From assembly GCA_964425765.1 (NCBI GenBank), contig CAYRNZ010000004.1:20218-84217 (forward strand): a stretch of 64,000 bases of DNA, written 5' to 3'. The translations under genes and the position numbers were made by a program. Shown here in pieces: positions 27,387 through 36,078 of this stretch. This DNA comes from an uncultured Synergistaceae bacterium (GTDB taxonomy: Bacteria > Synergistota > Synergistia > Synergistales > 79-D21). The stretch's first letter is position 1; each line of letters starts with the position of its first letter. A model generated the notes under the pieces. The model was not told the origin of the DNA and ran no database searches. It was given only the letters and a program-made list of their open reading frames with translations.

Positions 27387-27439
27387 GGCCGGGGGGCGTT
27401 TCCTGCAGGGAAACGGCAACCGATCGGGTTTTCTGGTTG

Positions 27440-27476
27440 AAAAAAGCGGCGGCCCGTGTCGGCCGCCGCTTTCCTT
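27440..27476. terminator. bidirectional terminator between convergent genes
   Basis: AGCGGCGGCC-N6-GGCCGCCGCT flanked by an A-run (left) and T-rich sequence (right). Confidence 0.7.
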
Positions 27477-27488
27477 TTACCCGGAGGT

Positions 27489-28379
27489 TTACTGGATCTT
27501 CGCCTTGAGTTCGTCGATCTGTGCCTGGAGTTGCTCGATGAGCTGCTCCTCGTAGGATTTGCCCATCTTGAGCGTCAGCCTGAATCCGTAACGGTCTATT
27601 TTTTCCCGGTTGGTGGAGTAGTCCCCGAAGGCCTCCAGGGTCGTCCTCTGGGTATCCTTGATCCGAAGGTTGAGCCCCAGGATGAACTGGCTCTCCTCCA
27701 GGTCGGCCACCCTGCTGTCAAGGCGGTCCATCCTCCGGTCCGCGTAGCGACTCCAGTCTTCAAGGTCGTCCAGCCTGCTGTCCTGCACAGCCTGGCCGCT
27801 GAAAAGGCTGAAGATCTGCCCGTCGTGGGCGGCAAGCCGCATGTCCTGCTGGAAGTTCTTCCGCTCGACGCCGGTAAGCCTCGTGTCCTGCTGCTCGTTC
27901 TTGGCGTTGATGGGTTCCAGCGCCGAGTCTAGTTCCGTTGGGGTGACAACGTCGCCCCATACCGTATCGTAGTCGGTGTCGGAGTTCTTGAGCAGCGCCT
28001 GCCCGGCGGTTCCTCCGGCCGGGACGCCAATACCGTCGGTCCCGTCCGTGCCGTCCTGTCCGTTGAGCGACTCGAGCCACTCCTCGAGGCTTCCCGTGAA
28101 GCCCTGGTCAACGGCGAGCTGGAATGCGGACTTGCCGTCTGCCCCGTCGAGACCGGGTTCTCCCTGGGGTCCTGCGGGCCCCTGCGGCCCGGGGATTCCC
28201 CCCATTTCTTCCAGGGCGTCTATTTCTGCCTGAAGTGCGAGAAAATCGTCCTGTATGTTGGTAAACTTCGTTCCTTCGTTCCCTTCAGTTTGCACCCACC
28301 AGCCTGGTATCGGTGTGTCGGCCAAAGCCGGCAAAGCAAGGCACGCTGTCAGGAAAACGGCAAGCATCAACTTTTTCAT
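27489..28379 (-). CDS. secreted collagen-triple-helix / tail-fibre-like repeat protein with coiled-coil C-terminus
   Basis: Signal peptide. GIPGPQGPAGPQGEPGLDGADG Gly-X-Y run. GKSAFQLAVDQGFTGSLEEWLESLNG and GGTAGQALLKNSDTDYDTVW motifs. Repeated QQDxRL / DSRL heptad-like units. Confidence 0.75.
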   Translation of the reverse strand: MKKLMLAVFLTACLALPALADTPIPGWWVQTEGNEGTKFTNIQDDFLALQAEIDALEEMGGIPGPQGPAGPQGEPGLDGADGKSAFQLAVDQGFTGSLEEWLESLNGQDGTDGTDGIGVPAGGTAGQALLKNSDTDYDTVWGDVVTPTELDSALEPINAKNEQQDTRLTGVERKNFQQDMRLAAHDGQIFSLFSGQAVQDSRLDDLEDWSRYADRRMDRLDSRVADLEESQFILGLNLRIKDTQRTTLEAFGDYSTNREKIDRYGFRLTLKMGKSYEEQLIEQLQAQIDELKAKIQ

Positions 28380-28559
28380 CAGGAGCCCCCCTAATCGGAA
28401 TCACCGTCTTCAGGACGGCAGTTAGGGAGTTTTTAACAGACCAGGACTAAATTGACAAGAAATCATTCTTATTTACGCAAATATATTGCATTAAATAGAT
28501 ATGCATAAAATGAACGGGTAGGAGCATGATGCCATGAAGGGCTGTAGGGAAAGAACGTG

Positions 28560-29267
28560 TTACCTGGCCTGGTAGCAGTTCATGGGTCTGCCTTTTGTGT
28601 GGTAAACCATACTTCTCCTCACTCTAGCGGTCTCCGTGAGGAATTCCATGTACCGCCACACGGTGGGCCGGGAAAGCTTTGTCAGCCTTGACAGATCAGC
28701 GACGGAAAGCGCTTCGGAGGGGGTTTCGGAGAGGATGTTCATGAAAAGGCGGGCCGTCTCCAGCTGGATTCCCTTTGGCACAGCCGAAAGCGGGTTGGGG
28801 ACGGCGATCTTCCCCCAAAGCCTGTCTATGTCGGCCTGCCTGCAAGGTTCCGGCAATTTCAGGAGGAAATCCCTTATTTCCCGGAACCTGACAAGTCCTT
28901 CGCGCAGCCTGTCCGTCGGGAAGGGTTTGAGGATATAGTCGGGGACTCCCTCTTCCAGGAAACGGGTGATGATGTCCTTCCGGTCGACGGCCGTGACGGG
29001 GAGGCAGCTCCGCATGATTCCCAAACCGAGGAGGATTTCCAGGGCCTCCGAGGGATCAGGAGAGATGGAATTCAGCTCTACGAGAAACAGGACATTAGGA
29101 TCCCTTTCTTCCGGAAGCCGTGACCAATCAAGGGGGAAAACCGTCTCGGCCGCCCGAAAACCGGGCAGAGAGGCGACACATCGCCGGTTCAGGAAAGAGA
29201 CCATGGGATCGTTTTCGACGATGATGACGTCGATCGTTCCCGCCTGGACGCCTACCAGGCTCTTCAA
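28560..29267 (-). CDS. CitB/DcuR-type response-regulator-like protein with non-canonical receiver (Asp->Glu)
   Basis: IIVENDP...LFLVELN...VTAV...DYILKPF receiver scaffold. C-terminal HTH LSVADLSRLTKLSRPTVWRYMEFL. No histidine kinase nearby. Confidence 0.75.
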   Translation of the reverse strand: MKSLVGVQAGTIDVIIVENDPMVSFLNRRCVASLPGFRAAETVFPLDWSRLPEERDPNVLFLVELNSISPDPSEALEILLGLGIMRSCLPVTAVDRKDIITRFLEEGVPDYILKPFPTDRLREGLVRFREIRDFLLKLPEPCRQADIDRLWGKIAVPNPLSAVPKGIQLETARLFMNILSETPSEALSVADLSRLTKLSRPTVWRYMEFLTETARVRRSMVYHTKGRPMNCYQAR

Positions 29268-29375
29268 CGGCTATCCCGCCGGAAAGGGGGTGTCGCAAGT
29301 TCTCTATTCAAGCTACCAGGCTCCTTCCGCAAGAGCAGAATGGAAAACGTGTGACGCTTTTCTCTTTTGCCGGGG

Positions 29376-29386
29376 TTTTCTGGAAA
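29376..29386. promoter_or_regulatory. palindromic site a (TTTTCTGGAAA)
   Basis: 10/11 match to TTTCCnGGAAA. Confidence 0.4.
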
Positions 29387-29509
29387 TGTTCTTCTTGTTC
29401 CGTTCTCCTTTTTTCTAAAATTATTATACCCTGATTATGATTATCGTATGCTTTGCGGTGGTTGCCCCAGGTTTCTCCCGCAAGGGAACCTTGGAAACGG
29501 CAGGCTTTT

Positions 29510-29520
29510 TTTCCTGGAAA
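29510..29520. promoter_or_regulatory. palindromic site b (TTTCCTGGAAA)
   Basis: Perfect 5+1+5 palindrome. Confidence 0.45.
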
Positions 29521-29632
29521 TTCCCCAATCTTCACCCCCCGAGTGGAGCGGAAAATGCTTGAACCCTCTTTCGTGGAACATGATAGGCAAAGTTCCCCTC
29601 CTCCGCTCGAGTTAAGCCTGCAGCCGGCGAAA

Positions 29633-29643
29633 TTTCCTGGAAA
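29633..29643. promoter_or_regulatory. palindromic site c (TTTCCTGGAAA)
   Basis: Perfect 5+1+5 palindrome, 226 nt upstream of the ugd start. Confidence 0.45.
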
Positions 29644-29863
29644 ATAGGCCAAATGACCACCCTGCCTTTTGCGCGCCGAATTCACCTCCGCCAGGGGCCA
29701 GGCCTTCCGTTTGGGACACCGGCTTCTTTAGGGGCCCGTTATTTTTCGAACCTTTGTTTTAAATGATTTTTGAGCCGGTTTGCAACGGATCTGTAGGCAA
29801 AGACGGGCCTCGGGTCTAAAATGCACTTTATGAAGCAACGCCGGAAAGGGAGGTTGTCACGGT

Positions 29864-31198
29864 ATGCGAGTCTGCATGATCGGCACGGGTTACGTGGGTC
29901 TCGTCACGGGGGCGTGCCTGGCGGAAAACGGCAACGACGTCTGGTGTGTCGACGTGAACGAGGAGAAGGTGTCGAAGCTGCAGTCGGGCGTCATCCCGAT
30001 CTACGAGCCCGGGCTCGAGGAGATCGTCAAAAGGAACGTCGCCCAGGGGCGGCTGCGTTTCACCACGGACCTGGAAGAGGCCGTGAAGAACAGCCTCTTT
30101 GTCTTCATCGCGGTGGGAACCCCGCCGAACGGGGACGGCTCCGCGGACCTGGGCTCCGTGTTCGAGGCCGCACGGGGCATCGGCGCGGTCATGGACACCT
30201 ACAAGGTGATCGTGATGAAGTCCACGGTCCCCGTGGGGACCACCCGGGAGGTCAAGGCGGCCGTCGCCCGGGAGCTCGGGAAGAGGAACCTGCAGGGCCT
30301 GGAGTTCGACGTGGCGTTTTCGCCGGAGTTCCTGAAGGAGGGATCCGCCGTCGAGGACTTCATGAAGCCGGACCGGATCGTGGTGGGGACGGAGAACAGC
30401 CGGACAGCGGAGTTTTTGAAGGAGCTGCTGGCCCCGTTCACCATGAGGGAGAACCGGATCCTGTGCATGGGGATCGCCTCGGCGGAGTTGACGAAATACG
30501 CGGCCAACGCCATGCTGGCCACCCGGATCAGCTTCATGAACGAGCTCGCGCGGTACTGCGAGAAGGTGGGGGCGGACGTGGAGGAAATCCGTTCCGGATT
30601 GGGGTCCGACCGGCGGATCGGCCCGGCGTTCCTCTACGCGGGAATCGGGTACGGGGGAAGCTGTTTCCCGAAGGACATGAAGGCCCTGGTCCGCGAAGCA
30701 GAAGCGAAGGGGACGCCCCTGTCGATCCTGGAGGCCGTGGAGGAAGCCAACCGCAGCCAGAGGGCCTGGTTTTCGGGGAAGATCAGGGCGCACTTCGAGG
30801 GGCGACTGGAAGGGAAGCGTTTTGCCCTCTGGGGGCTCAGCTTCAAGCCCCACACGGACGACATGCGGGAGGCCCCGTCGCTGGACGTGATCCCGTTTTT
30901 GCTGGGCGCAGGGGCGGAGGTGGCGGCCTACGACCCCGTGGCCTCGGCCAACGCCCGGGCGGTCCTGGGGGAGAGGGCCGGGCTGTCGTTCGGGGAGGAC
31001 CCGTACGACGTCCTGGAAGGGGCGGACGCCCTGGTGCTCCTGACCGAGTGGCCCCTCTTCCGGCGGCCGGACTTCGAGCGGATGAAGGCGCTCATGAAGA
31101 GCCCGGTGATCTTCGACGGGCGCAACCAGTACAGCCCCGGGGCGATGGCGGAGGCAGGGTTCACCTGCATCGGCATCGGGAGGGGAAAGGATGCCTGA
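29864..31198 (+). CDS. ugd: UDP-glucose 6-dehydrogenase
   Basis: MRVCMIGTGYVGLVTGACLA Rossmann N-terminus, GGSCFPKD catalytic-Cys motif, 444 aa. Confidence 0.93.
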   Translation: MRVCMIGTGYVGLVTGACLAENGNDVWCVDVNEEKVSKLQSGVIPIYEPGLEEIVKRNVAQGRLRFTTDLEEAVKNSLFVFIAVGTPPNGDGSADLGSVFEAARGIGAVMDTYKVIVMKSTVPVGTTREVKAAVARELGKRNLQGLEFDVAFSPEFLKEGSAVEDFMKPDRIVVGTENSRTAEFLKELLAPFTMRENRILCMGIASAELTKYAANAMLATRISFMNELARYCEKVGADVEEIRSGLGSDRRIGPAFLYAGIGYGGSCFPKDMKALVREAEAKGTPLSILEAVEEANRSQRAWFSGKIRAHFEGRLEGKRFALWGLSFKPHTDDMREAPSLDVIPFLLGAGAEVAAYDPVASANARAVLGERAGLSFGEDPYDVLEGADALVLLTEWPLFRRPDFERMKALMKSPVIFDGRNQYSPGAMAEAGFTCIGIGRGKDA

Positions 31199-32162
31199 CG
31201 TGCGGAAAGTCCTGGTGACCGGGGGGGCGGGCTTCATCGGGAGCCACCTGGTGGACCGGTTGCTGGAACGCGGGGATTCGGTCACCGTGGTCGACAGCTT
31301 CGACCCCTTCTACGACCCCCTCGAGAAGAGGCGAAACCTCCGCCCCCACGCGGGGAAGGACAATTTCCGGCTGGTGGAGGCGGACATCCGCGACCTCCCG
31401 GGACTTGAACAGGGCCTTGCCGGCCTGGCGTTCGACGCGATCTGCCACCTGGCGGCCCGGGCGGGGGTGCGCCCATCGATCCAGGACCCGGTAGCCTGCC
31501 AGGAGGTCAACGTGCTGGGGACCCAGAACCTCCTGGAGATCGGCCGAAAAAAGGGCGTGAAGCAGTTCGTGTTCGCCTCCTCGAGCAGCGTCTACGGGGT
31601 GAACCCGAAGGTCCCGTGGAGAGAGGACGACCCCGTCCTGCTGCCCATCAGTCCCTACGCGTCGACCAAGGTGAGCGGGGAACTGCTGGGACACGTTTAC
31701 AGCCGCCTGTACGGGATACGGTTCGTGGCCCTGCGTTTTTTCACCGTCTACGGCCCCCGGCAGAGGCCGGACCTGGCGATCCGCAAATTCGCGCGACTGA
31801 TGCTCGAAGGGAAGCCCGTACCGGTGTACGGGGACGGCAGCTCGAGCCGAGACTACACCTACAGCGGCGACATCGTCCACGGGGTGGAGGCGGCGCTGGA
31901 GTACGGGGGTTCCGCCTACGAGGTGATCAACCTGGGCAACAGCCGGACGGTGAGCCTCGACGGGATGATCCGGGAACTGGAAGGCGTGCTGGGCGTCAAG
32001 GCGGCCCGGCAGGAAATGCCCCCGCAGGCGGGGGACGTACCGCAGACCTGGGCCTCGGTGGAGAAGGCGAGGGCGCTGCTGGGCTTCGAGCCCCGCACCC
32101 CCTTCAGGGAGGGGCTGGAAGCCTTCGCGAAGTGGCTCCGGGAAGAGAGGCGGATCGCTTGA
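31191..32162 (+). CDS. NAD-dependent nucleotide-sugar epimerase (UDP-glucuronate 4-epimerase-like)
   Basis: GGAGFIGSHL, SPYASTK (YxxxK). 8-nt overlap with ugd. Confidence 0.85.
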   Translation: MPDVRKVLVTGGAGFIGSHLVDRLLERGDSVTVVDSFDPFYDPLEKRRNLRPHAGKDNFRLVEADIRDLPGLEQGLAGLAFDAICHLAARAGVRPSIQDPVACQEVNVLGTQNLLEIGRKKGVKQFVFASSSSVYGVNPKVPWREDDPVLLPISPYASTKVSGELLGHVYSRLYGIRFVALRFFTVYGPRQRPDLAIRKFARLMLEGKPVPVYGDGSSSRDYTYSGDIVHGVEAALEYGGSAYEVINLGNSRTVSLDGMIRELEGVLGVKAARQEMPPQAGDVPQTWASVEKARALLGFEPRTPFREGLEAFAKWLREERRIA

Positions 32163-33268
32163 AACGAGTCCTGTATTACACGGGATGGCTTTCCTCCGGC
32201 GGGGCGGAGAGACAGCTGATCTACACGGCCCTGGCCGCCAAGAAGAAAGGCTACGAGGTCAAGATCGCCATCGACAACCCGGTGATCCATTATGAAGACA
32301 TGCTGAAGAGCAGCGGGATCGAGATCCTCGTAGCCTGTCCCCGGTCGATCACGCACCGCACGCTGAAAAGGGTCGCCGCCCTCTCCCGCATCATGAAATC
32401 CTACCGGCCCGACGTGGTCCACACTTTCCTGCGCCAGAGCAACCTCTGGGGAATACTGCTGGCGAAGCTTCACGGCGTTCCGCTGAAGATCGCCTCGATC
32501 CGGAACACAGACGAAACAGCCTTCGAGCGCGTTCGTCTCTACCAGGGATGGGCCGACAGGATCATTTGCAACACCCGCCTTGCTGCCGAGATGGCCCGGA
32601 CCCGGTACAGGATCCCGGAGGAAAAACTTTCCGTCATCTACAATGCCATAGACCTCGGGCGTTTCAGGGACGCGAAACCGATCCCGGGTTTCAGGGAAAG
32701 CCTCGGCCTGCCGGATTCCACGCGCCTTGGGGTGACCGTGGCGCGGATCGCCGAGAAAAAGAACCACATCGGGCTCGTCAGGGCCTTGAAGATACTGGAT
32801 GGGCAGGGGCTGCTGGAAAACGTGCACTGCCTGCTGGTGGGAAAACCGGGCGGCCGCGGTACGCTCGAGGCGGTCATGGATGAAGTGCAGAGAACCGGGT
32901 TGAAACAAAAAGTGACGGCCCTCGGAGGCAGGGAGGACGTCCCCGGGATATTGAAAAGCTGCGATTTCATGGTGCTGTCGTCTTTTCACGAGGGCTTCCC
33001 CAACGTGGTGCTCGAGGCCATGGCTGCCGGGCTTTTCGTCGTCGCGGCACCGGCAGGGGGGACGCCGGAGCTGTTGGAAAACGGGAAGACCGGGGTGCTC
33101 GCCGGTGGTTTCAGTCCCGAACACCTGGCGGCCGCGATAAGGGAATACCTGGGGATGGAAGAGACACAAAGAGAAAACCTCAGGCAAGCCGCGCTGGAGA
33201 ACGTGAGGCAGTTCGACCTGGAACGGGCCTGTGAGCCGGTTTTCGACATCTATGAGGGCAGGGGCTGA
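32159..33268 (+). CDS. GT4-family glycosyltransferase, paralog B
   Basis: TTG start overlaps the epimerase stop (cTTGA). Aligns from residue 1 with the 12026..13189 product. The ORF-track start 31616 is a shadow extension across the epimerase gene. Confidence 0.8.
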   Translation: MKRVLYYTGWLSSGGAERQLIYTALAAKKKGYEVKIAIDNPVIHYEDMLKSSGIEILVACPRSITHRTLKRVAALSRIMKSYRPDVVHTFLRQSNLWGILLAKLHGVPLKIASIRNTDETAFERVRLYQGWADRIICNTRLAAEMARTRYRIPEEKLSVIYNAIDLGRFRDAKPIPGFRESLGLPDSTRLGVTVARIAEKKNHIGLVRALKILDGQGLLENVHCLLVGKPGGRGTLEAVMDEVQRTGLKQKVTALGGREDVPGILKSCDFMVLSSFHEGFPNVVLEAMAAGLFVVAAPAGGTPELLENGKTGVLAGGFSPEHLAAAIREYLGMEETQRENLRQAALENVRQFDLERACEPVFDIYEGRG

Positions 33269-33357
33269 ATCCCCTGCAATAGACGGTTTTTGGGCCGCGA
33301 CTCCGGAAAGCGGGTCAAGTACGGAGGCGCCAGACAAACGATGAAAGGGAGTCGTTT

Positions 33358-34512
33358 ATGGATCTCGTCTATCTAGCCCCGGCCTATTCCGATTTCACTT
33401 CCCGTTCCGCGAACAGCATCCACATCATGAGGATGTGCGAAGCCTTCGCGCAGAACGGGCACAAAACGTGCCTAGTGCTGTTCTCCCGGGGAGAAAGTCG
33501 GGAACAGGTGTTCGAAAACTACGGCATCGAGCCCTCATTTGAAGTCCACCCGGTAAAGGTCCCCGGGAAAAGAATCGAAAAACTCCGGTATTCCCTGATG
33601 GCTTCCAGGGCGGCGGCAGCCCTCGGGCCCGACATCGTCGTGGGGCGTTCTACCGAAGCTTGTGCCCTGTCGGCAATCAGGGGCATCCCGACGGTTTACG
33701 ACGCTCACAAACCGGTCTGGGAAAAGACCAGGGAACTGGTTTTCTACCTTTTGTTTTACAGGAACAGGAACCTCCTGAGGATGACCACAAACTCCAGGGC
33801 ATTGAAAGAGATTTTTGAAAAGGCCAGGCTCTCTCCCCACTGCGGGATTACGGTCGCCAACAACGGAAGCCTGGTCTTGCCCCTGGATGAGATTCCCCCT
33901 GAATGGCCCGGAAGGGAGGGGGTTTTCCAGGTCGGCTACGTGGGCCATTTGTACGCAGGTCGGGGTGTCGAGATCATCGTTTCAGTAGCCGGAATGATGC
34001 CCGGCGTGGATTTCCACATCGTCGGCGGCAACGAAGCCGATATCGAGCGGTGGAAAAATGCCGTCAACCTGCCGAACTTATTCTTCCACGGCTTCATCAG
34101 GCACGCGGATGTCTACAGGTACCGGAATCGTTGCGATGTCCTGCTGGCCCCATACCAGGAAAAAGTGGGGCTTGCCGGGGGTGGGGACCAGGGGAAATAC
34201 ATGAACCCGATAAAAATTTTTGAATACATGTCGAGCCGCAAGGCTATTGTCTGCTCCGATTTACCGGTGTTGCGAGAGATCCTGGAGCATGGCCGGAACT
34301 CGATGCTTTGCGCTCCGGGGGATGCGGGCGCTTGGCAAAAAGCCATCGAAAGGCTGCGGGAGGATGGCACCCTGCGCCAACGCCTGGCCGAAGCCGCCTA
34401 CAAGGATTTTCTCCAGGGCTATACCTGGAAGGCGAGGGCAGCAAAAATGATAGAGGGGGTGGAGCCTCATCCTGGGTGGAACCCTCGGGGAAACGTGGGG
34501 ACAAGTCAGTAA
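33358..34512 (+). CDS. glycosyltransferase (GT4-like)
   Basis: 384 aa. N-terminal NSIHIMRMCEAFAQNGH and a C-terminal Rossmann half typical of GT-B enzymes. Confidence 0.75.
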   Translation: MDLVYLAPAYSDFTSRSANSIHIMRMCEAFAQNGHKTCLVLFSRGESREQVFENYGIEPSFEVHPVKVPGKRIEKLRYSLMASRAAAALGPDIVVGRSTEACALSAIRGIPTVYDAHKPVWEKTRELVFYLLFYRNRNLLRMTTNSRALKEIFEKARLSPHCGITVANNGSLVLPLDEIPPEWPGREGVFQVGYVGHLYAGRGVEIIVSVAGMMPGVDFHIVGGNEADIERWKNAVNLPNLFFHGFIRHADVYRYRNRCDVLLAPYQEKVGLAGGGDQGKYMNPIKIFEYMSSRKAIVCSDLPVLREILEHGRNSMLCAPGDAGAWQKAIERLREDGTLRQRLAEAAYKDFLQGYTWKARAAKMIEGVEPHPGWNPRGNVGTSQ

Positions 34513-34589
34513 ACCCGCGGTCTTATTGGTCTTCCGGAGTTTTGAAAGAAACGCCGCTGGATTCGGAAACGGGACGGGGGGCACCCAAA

Positions 34590-35996
34590 ATGCCGTCAGG
34601 AAAACGAGGGACTGTACAGACCGTTGTGGACGGATTTCTCTGTACGAGCTGCGGAGCTTGTTCAGGACTGTGTCCGACCGGCTCGATCGAAATGTTCATC
34701 AACGAGTTCGGTGTTTACGTGCCAAGGATCGACTTCGCTTCCTGCACGGAATGCGGATTGTGCCTCCAAATTTGCCCGGGTATCTCGTTCGATTACGCGG
34801 GCTTTGGCAGGAAGGTCCATGGAGCTTTGCCGGAGCATGTGGCATTGGGGGGTTTTCTCAATTGCTACGCTGGTTTCTCAACGGACCCGGAAATCCTGGA
34901 TTCTTCCCAAAGCGGAGGGATCATCTCGACGATCCTGGTCTATTGCCTTGAAAACAAGCTGATTGACGGAGCGGTCGTGACGAAATGGTCCGACAAATCT
35001 CCGTTTGTCCCAAAAACGTTCATCGCGAGGAACAGGCGTGAAATCCTGGAATGTGTCGGTTCCAAGTACAATCCCGTACCCGCGGCTGGCGCAATACGGG
35101 AGATCCTGCGTGAAAAAGGGCGCTTCGCTTTTGTGGGGACTCCTTGCCAGATCCAGGGATTGAGGAAAGCCGAAGGGCTGTTTCCAGAGATAAGGGAAAA
35201 GATCGCGCTTTATGTCGGACTTCATTGCCTAGGCGTCTTTACTTACCATTTCATCGACCAGGTCTTGGGCAAGGCCGGCCTCGATCGAAGCGAAATCGCC
35301 TCTTTCCGTCACCGGGACAAGCAATGGCGAGGCTGGCCCTGCGATATGAGGATAACCACGAAAAGCGGAAGGGTGATCAATATCGAAGCCAATGAAAGCA
35401 GGCTATGGCCGCGTTCCTTTTTTACGAACTGGCGTTGCCAGTTATGTTTCGACAAGGCCAACGAGTTTTCGGACATCTCGTGCGGGGACTGCAGGATTCC
35501 GGAGGTACAGGAAGTGTTCCGGCGAGAAGGACATGACACCGGGAAAGGTCTGTCGGAGTTCGTCGTCAGGACGGCGCGGGGGAAAGTGGTTGTCGACCGG
35601 CTGATTTCGGAAAACAAGTTGCGGTTACAGGAAATCGACCCCGGACCGCTTTCAGCCTCGATCGGTGTTGCCGGAAAGAAGCTCGGGTTGGACACTTTCT
35701 TCAGGGTTGCCCGGTTTTTCAGGTTAGGGCTGCCCGTATATGGAGTCGAGTTTTCGAATGCGTCCTTGGAAAAATCCCTGAAGTGGAAAATCCTGAAACC
35801 CTGGGCCGTTTTTTCCTCGTCGAGATACTTCGTGGTTTTCTCTCTCTCGAAGCACCGTTGGTTCAGGAGGTTCCTGGCGAAGATCCCCCACAAAGTCCTG
35901 GGCGGGATCAACCGCGTCCTCTCCAGCAAGGTCGAATGGTCGGTTTTTTCAAAAATCCCGGATCTTGCCAGGAAAGTTGTCGATGACAAGGATTAG
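34590..35996 (+). CDS. coenzyme F420 hydrogenase/dehydrogenase beta-subunit-like Fe-S flavoprotein
   Basis: CTSCGACSGLCP and CTECGLCLQICP ferredoxin motifs followed by an FrhB-like body. ATG 34590; the ORF-track start 34308 overlaps the previous gene. Confidence 0.7.
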   Translation: MPSGKRGTVQTVVDGFLCTSCGACSGLCPTGSIEMFINEFGVYVPRIDFASCTECGLCLQICPGISFDYAGFGRKVHGALPEHVALGGFLNCYAGFSTDPEILDSSQSGGIISTILVYCLENKLIDGAVVTKWSDKSPFVPKTFIARNRREILECVGSKYNPVPAAGAIREILREKGRFAFVGTPCQIQGLRKAEGLFPEIREKIALYVGLHCLGVFTYHFIDQVLGKAGLDRSEIASFRHRDKQWRGWPCDMRITTKSGRVINIEANESRLWPRSFFTNWRCQLCFDKANEFSDISCGDCRIPEVQEVFRREGHDTGKGLSEFVVRTARGKVVVDRLISENKLRLQEIDPGPLSASIGVAGKKLGLDTFFRVARFFRLGLPVYGVEFSNASLEKSLKWKILKPWAVFSSSRYFVVFSLSKHRWFRRFLAKIPHKVLGGINRVLSSKVEWSVFSKIPDLARKVVDDKD

Positions 35997-36078
35997 CCAT
36001 TCTGGATGAAAACCGGGGAAATATCGGCCCCTTGATCGAGTGCCAAAGAAGAACCAAATTCCCGTGAGGGGGAATCCG

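Noticed and set aside
29308-29685. 125-aa minus-strand ORF and 64-82-aa plus-strand ORFs within the ugd upstream region.
   Set aside because: They have no RBS and their compositions are not protein-like. The region is better explained as regulatory DNA carrying the palindromic sites.
31616-32158. N-terminal 181-aa extension of the cluster GT4 ORF.
   Set aside because: It lies entirely inside the epimerase gene in another frame. The paralog alignment and the TTG/stop overlap place the true start at 32159.
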